In this document: one piece after another, positions 57,539 to 64,000 of the stretch
Layout: every line of letters begins with the position of its first letter
Position numbering within the stretch: position 1 is the first letter of the stretch
Assembly (NCBI GenBank): GCA_963809535.1
Contig: CAWEJW010000001.1
Span: 617,354 to 681,353 of the forward strand
Direction of reading: 5' to 3'
Origin: an uncultured Actinomycetes bacterium
GTDB taxonomy: Bacteria > Actinomycetota > Coriobacteriia > Anaerosomatales > CAVRZR01
Length of the DNA stretch: 64,000 nt
Program-made: the position numbers and the translations under genes
Notes under the pieces: model-generated
Told to the model about the DNA's origin: nothing
Databases searched by the model: none
The model's input: the letters and a program-made list of their open reading frames with translations, nothing else

Positions 57539-59206
57539 ATGACGCCGAGCAGCAAGCGACTGGGTAGGATGCTGGTCAAGTCGGGCGTGATCACTGACGC
57601 CCAGCTTGAGGAGGCGCTCACGCACGTCAACGGGCGCTCAATCACGGCGGCACTCTCAGAACTGGGCTTTGCCGACGAGACGCTCATCGCCCGCACGATC
57701 GCGGACTCGATGAATCTCTGTTACGTCGACCTCGGTCTTGCCGACGTCGATCCTCACGCGGCCACACTCATCCCTATGGATATCGCCCGTCGCTACCGTG
57801 CGTTGCCGATCCGCATCCAAGACGACGAACTCCTCGTCGCGATGTCGGACCCGGCCAACATCTTCGCGATCGATGATCTCAGGGTGGTGACCGGCTACCC
57901 CGTGAGGCCAGTCGTTGCCTCGGAGAGCGAGCTCATGAGCGCGATCGAGAAGCTCTCGACCGCGCAGACGAGCGTCGAAGACATGATGGGGGACCTAGAG
58001 GATTCGCTGGGCGCCGGTGACGACGAGTACGAGGAAACCTCTGACGAAGAGGCTCCCGTGGCGAAGCTCATGAACTTGGTGATCACGGAGGCGATCAGAC
58101 AGGACGCTGGCGATATCTTCTTCGAGCCGCACGAGCATGACATGCGTGTGCGCTTTCGGATCGATGGCGTGTGCCAGGAGGTCCTCCGAAGTCCGAAGAA
58201 GATGCAGCGCCAGCTGATAAGCCGGCTCAAGATCAGCGCCGGTATGGATATCGCCGAGAAGCGCGTGCCGCAAGACGGGCGGTTCTCCGTCGTGCTCGAG
58301 GGCAAGGCGGTGGACTTTCGAGTGGCGGTCCTTCCCACCGTGAACGGAGAGCTCGCGGTCCTGAGACTCCTTCGGCGGGACTCGATCATGATGTCGCTCG
58401 CAGATCTCGGGTTCCTGCAGCAGCCCATGGATCGCCTGCGTGAGGCACTGTCCCTTCCCTACGGCGCAATCCTGGTCACCGGACCGACGGGGTCAGGCAA
58501 GTCGACCACGCTCTACGCAGCGATCAACGAGACCAACGACCCCAAACAGAACTTGATCACCGTCGAGGATCCTGTCGAGTATCGCCTCGCCGGGCTCTCA
58601 CAGGTGCAGGTGCACGAGAAGGCCGGGCTCAGCTTCGCGTCCGCTCTTCGCTCCATCCTGAGGCAGGACCCAGACTCAGTGATGATCGGGGAGATCCGCG
58701 ACAAGGAAACCGGGACGATCGCCGTCGAGGCCGCCCTCACGGGTCACCTCGTGCTGTCGACCCTGCACACCAACGACGCACCTTCGGCGATCACCCGCCT
58801 TACGGAGATGGGCATCGAGCCGTTCCTCACAGCTTCTGCGGTGACGTGCGTACTCGCACAGCGTCTGGCCAGACGCCTGTGCCCTGACTGCAAGCAGAAG
58901 TACACACCCGAAGAGGAGGCGCTGACCAGGGTCGCCTTCCCGTTTAAGCCCGGGAAGCCGCCGAAGCTCTACCGCGCCGTCGGCTGCAAGAAGTGCAGCG
59001 GCATAGGCTACAAGGGGCGCATGGGCGTCCACGAAGTGTTCCGCATGTCCGAGGAGCTTGAGCGGCTGACCGTCGCCAACGCCTCGGCTGACGACATCAA
59101 GCGCCAGGCCATCGCGGAAGGCATGCGCACGTTGCGCGAGGACGGGTTCGAGAAAGTGAGCATGGGTCTCACCTCCATCGAAGAGGTCATGCGCGTCGTC
59201 GTCTGA
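57539..59206 (+). CDS. pilB: GspE/PilB-family type IV pilus / type II secretion assembly ATPase
   Basis: T2SSE_N-type N-terminus (LG..LV..G.IT..QL..AL), Walker A GPTGSGKST, Asp/His boxes and tetracysteine CPDC...CKKC. Confidence 0.85.
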   Translation: MTPSSKRLGRMLVKSGVITDAQLEEALTHVNGRSITAALSELGFADETLIARTIADSMNLCYVDLGLADVDPHAATLIPMDIARRYRALPIRIQDDELLVAMSDPANIFAIDDLRVVTGYPVRPVVASESELMSAIEKLSTAQTSVEDMMGDLEDSLGAGDDEYEETSDEEAPVAKLMNLVITEAIRQDAGDIFFEPHEHDMRVRFRIDGVCQEVLRSPKKMQRQLISRLKISAGMDIAEKRVPQDGRFSVVLEGKAVDFRVAVLPTVNGELAVLRLLRRDSIMMSLADLGFLQQPMDRLREALSLPYGAILVTGPTGSGKSTTLYAAINETNDPKQNLITVEDPVEYRLAGLSQVQVHEKAGLSFASALRSILRQDPDSVMIGEIRDKETGTIAVEAALTGHLVLSTLHTNDAPSAITRLTEMGIEPFLTASAVTCVLAQRLARRLCPDCKQKYTPEEEALTRVAFPFKPGKPPKLYRAVGCKKCSGIGYKGRMGVHEVFRMSEELERLTVANASADDIKRQAIAEGMRTLREDGFEKVSMGLTSIEEVMRVVV

Positions 59207-59335
59207 GAGTCTCTGAGTGCGCGTTGTGCCTGAATCACCATCGTGAGAGTATGAATCCGCGTGTCGCCCGACAGGGGAGAGTCGTGCGGCCGACTTGGTG
59301 CTACCCGACGGGCGAATGCGGAGGAGCTTGAATCA

Positions 59336-60136
59336 GTGACCAGCAGCGGACTCGACGACTTCTTCATCCCGGACGAGGACGACGAGGATCAGGGCACGAT
59401 GCCACCGCCTTCCGACGGTGTGACTGCCTCCGCGACCCAAGACCTTCACGCGCCCCTGGTATCAGGCACGCCCGGACCGCCCTCGGTGCCTGCTGCCGGG
59501 AAGCACGCTCCGGGAGCGCAGGGCGCATCTTCGGCGCCAGCGCCGCAGCCGATGGCGCCTCGGACAGCTCCCGCGCCTGCTCGACCTGATGCAGAGACTC
59601 AGGTCCCGGCGCGCCCGGGCTTTGCGCCCTTCCCAACGCCAGCGCCTCGCGCCGAGGCCTCGCCCGTTTCTCCTGCCACACCACCCAAGCCCGCCGCGCC
59701 CGTGTCAGCTGCGTCCGCAATCGCCGCGCCCGCTACGGCTGCGCAAACCGCTCCCACGCGCCCGGTTCGGACGCGGGAGGAGCAGCTCTCCGCGGCGTTG
59801 GCGACGTTCATGCGCGTGTCCTCGGACGTCGAGGCCGCCGCGCTCGTCAGCATCGACGGCTTCACGATGGCCTCCGCACTTCCCGCGGGGATGCAGGAGG
59901 ACCGTGTCGGCGCGATGTCCGCGGCCATCCTCGGGCTTGGCGAGCGTGCAGCTCTCGAGCTCGGACGTGGCAAGCTCTCGCAGGTCTTCATCGAGGGGGA
60001 CACGGGCTACGTTCTGCTGATGGCGGCAGGGGACAGAGCGGTGCTCACGGCGCTCGCGCGTCTCGAGGCAAAGCTCGGTCTGCTCCTCTACGACATGCGC
60101 GACGTGGCCGAAGCCATCGCCGACATCCTGGGCTAG
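59336..60136 (+). CDS. Roadblock/LC7 (MglB-like) domain protein with Pro/Ala-rich N-terminal region
   Basis: GGAGGAG sits 9 nt before GTG 59336. The C-terminal ~120 aa (VEAAALVSIDGFTMAS...MSAAILGLGERAA.ELG.G.L.QVFIEG..GYVLL...G..AVL.AL) follow the Robl/LC7 pattern. Confidence 0.7.
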   Translation: MTSSGLDDFFIPDEDDEDQGTMPPPSDGVTASATQDLHAPLVSGTPGPPSVPAAGKHAPGAQGASSAPAPQPMAPRTAPAPARPDAETQVPARPGFAPFPTPAPRAEASPVSPATPPKPAAPVSAASAIAAPATAAQTAPTRPVRTREEQLSAALATFMRVSSDVEAAALVSIDGFTMASALPAGMQEDRVGAMSAAILGLGERAALELGRGKLSQVFIEGDTGYVLLMAAGDRAVLTALARLEAKLGLLLYDMRDVAEAIADILG

Positions 60137-60170
60137 CCGAGCAGGGAACCGAAAGCGAATGACGTAGCCG

Positions 60171-61862
60171 ATGGCGCTGAGAGGAAACCTCAACGACTTC
60201 ACGCTTCCCGATGTCTTCCAGCTCATCGCCCTGAGCAAGAAGACCGGTGTGCTGCGCATGCGCCGTGCAGACGGTTCCGAAGGCGACGTCTGGTTCCGCG
60301 ACGGAGAGGTGTTCTTCGCCGAGTCGAATTGGCACAGGGAACGGCTTGGAGAGCGGCTGGTCACAGCGCAGAAGATCACTCCGAGCGCGCTCACGCGGGT
60401 ACTTGAGCTGAGGGCAGCAGAACCAGAGAACGGGCGGCGCCTCGGCAGGATCCTCGTCGACGAGGGCTACATCACCGACGCAGTTCTCGAGGCGTTCGTT
60501 CGAGAGCAGGTGCTCGAGCCGATATTCGACCTCATGCGTTGGGAAGAGGGCGAGTTCGACTTCGAGATGACCCCCCAGACCCCCGAAGAAGACATCGGCC
60601 TGGCCGTCTCCATCGAGAACATAGTGATGGAAGGTGCCAGGCGACTCGAAGAATGGGAGAGGATCAAGAAGAAGGTGCCCTCGACGGACGTGGTCTTCAA
60701 GATGGCCACGGCGCCCGGCGAGGGAAGCTTCGAGATCTCGCTCAAACCCGTCGAGTGGAACCTGCTGCTGCTCGTCGATGGCACCCGGAGCGTAGCCGAG
60801 CTGGCGCGCGCGGCCCACTGGACGGAATTCGACGCGGCGCGAATCGTGTACGGTCTGCACTCCGCCGGACTGCTCGAGGTGGTCAGCGATGAAGAGGCGG
60901 CTCGGCTGCGCGAGGCGATGGCCGAGCGCGAGGCCGCCATGGCGGCAGCCGCATCTGCTCCAAAGGCACCTGCCCCGGTGAGTACGAGCACGGAGCCGTC
61001 AGCAGCCCCTGTGACTGAACCTGCGCCCGAGACCGTCCCACCGGCCCCACCCGGCGGTGAACCTGCCGAGGCTCCGGAGGCCGAGGAGGTCACCGGTCCT
61101 GCAGCCGAGGTTGAGACGGGGGCTGAGCCGGTGGTCGAGGCTGAAGCCGAGGCAGAAGCCGAGCAACCGCCTGTGAGCGTCGAGTCAGCGGTCTCGTCGG
61201 AGGAGTGGCCCGAGGCACAGGAATCGCAGTCGGAGACGATCTTGTACGTTGACGGCGAGCCCGCGACCGTTGAGGTCGAGCTTGACGTTCTCCCACCCGA
61301 GACCGACATCCTGGAAACGCCGACGCCTGAGGCCGGTCAGGTGCAGCCAGATGAAGCTCGCGCCGCGGTCGAAGCTGAGCTCGCCGCGCTGGGTCTGATC
61401 GCCACTCCCGACGGCGTGGTGGAGGCGGAGCCGCCACCCGTCGTCGAGGAGCCTTCGCACGTCGAAGAACCCGAAGAGGCCGAAGAGGCCGAAGAGCCCG
61501 AGGAGCCGACGCATCCGGCGGAAGAGGCACCGGCCGAGGAATCCGGCGAGACTGCGACCGAGGAATCCGGCGAGCCCGTGGCCGAGGTCCCCGAGGAGCT
61601 GATGGCCGAAGCTGGGACGACCCAGACCGAGGTCGCCGTGAGCTTCCAGGAAGAGGCGGCCCTCTTGTTGGAGGCCCGCGAGGACCTCGGCATGAACAGC
61701 ACGATCACGGATGAGATCGCCGCGTTGACCGGCGTTGAACGCACCACGCGCCCTACCGCGAGCGGCGGCACGCCACCCGTGACCACCGCCGTGCCCCGCC
61801 GTGACGCGAACATCGACCGGGGAACCCTCCTCGATATCATCGAGGGCATCAAGAGACTCTAG
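60171..61862 (+). CDS. PATAN (DUF4388) domain protein with long acidic low-complexity C-terminal half
   Basis: The N-terminus LRGNLNDFTLPDVFQLIALSKKTGVLRM....G.VWFRDGEVFFA follows the DUF4388/PATAN pattern. The region from about aa 250 to 490 is E/P/A-rich. Confidence 0.7.
   Translation: MALRGNLNDFTLPDVFQLIALSKKTGVLRMRRADGSEGDVWFRDGEVFFAESNWHRERLGERLVTAQKITPSALTRVLELRAAEPENGRRLGRILVDEGYITDAVLEAFVREQVLEPIFDLMRWEEGEFDFEMTPQTPEEDIGLAVSIENIVMEGARRLEEWERIKKKVPSTDVVFKMATAPGEGSFEISLKPVEWNLLLLVDGTRSVAELARAAHWTEFDAARIVYGLHSAGLLEVVSDEEAARLREAMAEREAAMAAAASAPKAPAPVSTSTEPSAAPVTEPAPETVPPAPPGGEPAEAPEAEEVTGPAAEVETGAEPVVEAEAEAEAEQPPVSVESAVSSEEWPEAQESQSETILYVDGEPATVEVELDVLPPETDILETPTPEAGQVQPDEARAAVEAELAALGLIATPDGVVEAEPPPVVEEPSHVEEPEEAEEAEEPEEPTHPAEEAPAEESGETATEESGEPVAEVPEELMAEAGTTQTEVAVSFQEEAALLLEAREDLGMNSTITDEIAALTGVERTTRPTASGGTPPVTTAVPRRDANIDRGTLLDIIEGIKRL
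61534..61574 (+). repeat. 17-nt direct repeat CCGAGGAATCCGGCGAG x2 (24-nt period) inside the acidic region
   Basis: Identical copies at 61534-61550 and 61558-61574, encoding (A/T)EESGE. Nearby are GAAGAGGCC/GAAGAGCCC iterations (61461-61505). Confidence 0.6.
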
Positions 61863-61874
61863 GAGCCAGGCTGG

Positions 61875-62402
61875 ATGCTGTCCGTAAAAGTCGTGATAAC
61901 CGGCCCCTTCAACGCGGGCAAGACTACCCTCATCAAGACCGTGAGCGAGATCACGGTACTCTCGACAGAGCGTCAAGTGAGTGAGACGGCAAGCGAGGGG
62001 CGTGGGGAGACGACCGTTGCGATGGACTTCGGTCGCATCACGATCTCTGACGACGTCGTCCTCTACTTGTTCGGCACGCCCGGCCAGGAGCGGTTCTCGT
62101 TCATGTGGGACACGTTGTCCGAGGGTATGCTCGGCTTTGTCGTGCTCGTCGACGGAACGGATGAGGACTCCTTTTCCGACGGACGGGCGATCGTCGAGTA
62201 TTTCAGACGACTCTCTGATGTCTCGTTCGTCGTTGCCGTCAATCGGCTGGATGGTTCTGACGAACAGGATCTCGCACGGGCGCGTTCAGAGTTGGGTCTG
62301 GACGACAACGTGCCGGTTCTCGGGGTGGACGCGAGGGACAAGGAATCTGTCAAAGCCGTGCTGTTGGCTCTCCTATACACGATCTTGGAGGCCGTCGGGT
62401 AG
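61875..62402 (+). CDS. small Ras-like GTPase (MglA / conservon CvnD-like ATP/GTP-binding protein)
   Basis: AGGAG SD. G1 GPFNAGKTT, G3 GTPGQERF and G4-like VNRLD. 175 aa. Confidence 0.75.
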   Translation: MLSVKVVITGPFNAGKTTLIKTVSEITVLSTERQVSETASEGRGETTVAMDFGRITISDDVVLYLFGTPGQERFSFMWDTLSEGMLGFVVLVDGTDEDSFSDGRAIVEYFRRLSDVSFVVAVNRLDGSDEQDLARARSELGLDDNVPVLGVDARDKESVKAVLLALLYTILEAVG

Positions 62403-62405
62403 CTC

Positions 62406-62855
62406 TTGTCTCTTTCGTCGGGCATTATCGTTGGCACCGTCGTGCTGGCCGTGTTGCTCCTAGGCGGCGGGTGCCTGGCGGTGCGTGTCCGCCGAACACG
62501 ACATCGTGAACCTTCTTGGCCCCAGCGTGAAGCTGCGGGCAGACATGGCACTTCGTCCGGGCGGTTCGAATCCGAGCAGAATGTCGGGGAGAGGTTAGGG
62601 TCGTGGACTCGCCGACCCGCCGAAGCCAAGCCAGCCGCCAATCCAACGTCAGCGGCAGGAACCGCCGGCGCCCCGGATCAGCGGCCACAGTCGCTTGAGT
62701 TGTCACCCGCGCCTCTCTTATCCCGTGAGCGCCTGATTGCGCCTGTGGAGCTTTGGTTCGGCTCGACCCGGGTGGGCGTCGTGCGGGGTAGCGCCACCCA
62801 TGAGGCGTTCGAGCAGTACGCGAGCGTTCTCTTATCCGAGCTGCCCGAGCGCTAG
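62406..62855 (+). CDS. hypothetical single-pass membrane protein
   Basis: TTG start 4 nt after the GTPase stop, an N-terminal TM helix, then a basic juxtamembrane stretch. No family recognised. Confidence 0.4.
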   Translation: MSLSSGIIVGTVVLAVLLLGGGCLAVRVRRTRHREPSWPQREAAGRHGTSSGRFESEQNVGERLGSWTRRPAEAKPAANPTSAAGTAGAPDQRPQSLELSPAPLLSRERLIAPVELWFGSTRVGVVRGSATHEAFEQYASVLLSELPER

Positions 62856-63027
62856 CCTGCGCCCGAGGCGCAGCCCGTCAGTCCACTGAACTCGCCCTTC
62901 CTTCGCCGTGCTTCATTCGGACTGTAATGCTCGCTGACGCGAACGCCGATGAGAGAGTTGGCGCCGCACGCGTTGGGCGCGGCCGTGCTTGGCGCACGTG
63001 CGGGCACGTTCTCTGAAGGGGCAGCGG

Positions 63028-64000
63028 GTGGCGGAGACTGGACAGAGGCTCGGGCAGATCCTTGTTCGCGCCGGCATAATCAGCGAGAGTCAGCTCAACG
63101 ACGCGCTGGAAGCGCATTTGGGGACTGGCGCGCCTCTGGGCCGCGTGCTCGTGGACTTGGGCTACGCCTCGCAAGGAGCCGTCCTCGCAGCGATCTCGGG
63201 CCAGATCGGCGTCGACTACGTCGACTTTGCGGAACGAAAGCCCGATCCCAACGCGATTGCATCCGTCCCGCGTGAACTCGCCTCGCGCTATCTGGTCATG
63301 CCTGTCGAGATCGTCGACCACACGCTCTTGGTCGCCATGGCCGACCCTCGCAACGTCGTTGCACTTGATGATCTGCGCATCATCACGGGCCTCGACGTCC
63401 GCGCCGCGATCTCCACGAAAGACGAGATCCTGAGCGCGATCGACGAGTACTACAAGATGGCCGAGCAGTCCGAGATCGACGAGTTCATCGGCAGCGCCGA
63501 CATCGACCAAGCCGACCTGGCGAACATCTCGGAGGTCGGCTCGGAAGCTCCGACCGTCAAAGTCGTGAACTTCATCATCCACAAGGCAGTCACGGAGCGC
63601 GCCTCGGACATCCACATCGAGCCGCAGGAGAAGGACCTCCGAGTGCGGTTCCGAGTCGACGGAGTACTTCACGAGGTGATGCGCAGCCCCAAGCCGACGC
63701 AAGCGGCGATCATCAGCCGGTTCAAGATCATGGCCGAGATGGACATCGCCGAGTCACGCAAACCCCAGGACGGGCACTGCAACGTGACTGTCGCGGGACA
63801 CAAGCTCGACTTCCGTGTGTCCACGCTGCCGACCGTCTATGGCGAGCGCGTCGTGCTCCGCATCTTGCGCAAGGACTCGATCCTGCTGCAGCTCAAAGAC
63901 TTGGGCTTTCTGCCGTCGTCGCTCGAGAAGTTCCAGGACTCCTTCACGAAGCCCTATGGCGCCATCCTCGTGACCGGTCCCACGGGATCGGGCAAGTCGA
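63028..64000 (+). CDS. second GspE/PilB-family ATPase (3' end outside window)
   Basis: This ORF is missing from the track because it runs off the window. From GTG 63028 the frame reads VAETGQRLGQILVRAGIISESQLNDALE...APTVKVVNFII..A....ASDIHIEP....RVRFRVDGVL......GPTGSGKS. Confidence 0.85.
   Translation, partial: MAETGQRLGQILVRAGIISESQLNDALEAHLGTGAPLGRVLVDLGYASQGAVLAAISGQIGVDYVDFAERKPDPNAIASVPRELASRYLVMPVEIVDHTLLVAMADPRNVVALDDLRIITGLDVRAAISTKDEILSAIDEYYKMAEQSEIDEFIGSADIDQADLANISEVGSEAPTVKVVNFIIHKAVTERASDIHIEPQEKDLRVRFRVDGVLHEVMRSPKPTQAAIISRFKIMAEMDIAESRKPQDGHCNVTVAGHKLDFRVSTLPTVYGERVVLRILRKDSILLQLKDLGFLPSSLEKFQDSFTKPYGAILVTGPTGSGKS

Noticed and set aside
62563-62573. GGTTCGAATCC, the classic tRNA T-arm/T-loop sequence
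   Set aside because: The flanks give only a 3-bp T stem, and no acceptor, D or anticodon arms can be drawn. It lies inside an ORF and is probably coincidental.
62878-63702. 274-aa minus-strand ORF
   Set aside because: It lies entirely antisense to the second PilB/GspE ATPase, whose plus-strand translation carries unmistakable family motifs. The minus-strand product is Arg/Asp/Val-rich with no recognisable domain, so it is a high-GC shadow ORF.

Overview
High-GC (roughly 60-65% by eye) bacterial chromosome segment with Gram-positive-type organisation. All calls come from reading the supplied ORF translations and the DNA, recognising motifs by eye; no searches were run. Most of the window is housekeeping genes in a well-known conserved order: ruvC-ruvA-ruvB, queH-queA, tgt-yajC-secD-secF-recJ-relA, then hisS-aspS, rarA, alaS-ruvX-mltG, aroE. 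Other genes include pdxS/pdxT, yebC, lgt, lemA, azlCD, cspA, an ECF sigma/anti-sigma pair, a SigB/F-type sigma, an ABC exporter and a 1Fe superoxide reductase, which hints at an anaerobe. The stand-out region is a ~9.6 kb island (about 31.5-41.0 kb) sitting between the relA-adjacent MBL-fold hydrolase gene and hisS. It encodes four exported or membrane-anchored multihaem c-type cytochromes: 6 CxxCH; 11 CxxCH + 1 CX3CH; 9 CxxCH + 2 CX3CH; and 17 CxxCH + 3 CX4CH. That gives 43 canonical and about 49 total haem motifs. A membrane-anchored NHL beta-propeller protein and a TPR protein are encoded on the opposite strand. I interpret the island as a candidate extracellular electron-transfer conduit across a Gram-positive-type envelope. 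Its first gene has its own promoter, a 17-bp palindrome, a ~200-nt structured leader and a hairpin after the stop codon. Other notable items are a 1215-aa RecJ-HIRAN-RecQ-like fusion protein and a module flanked by two PilB/GspE ATPase genes (Roadblock/LC7, PATAN/DUF4388, small Ras-like GTPase, TM protein). There is also an apparently split zf-HC2 anti-sigma factor, and three genes whose -10 hexamers lie 6-7 nt before the start codon, suggesting leaderless mRNAs. I saw no rRNA, tRNA, CRISPR array, transposase or integrase. Many long ORFs in the six-frame track are antisense or off-frame shadows typical of high-GC DNA and were rejected.
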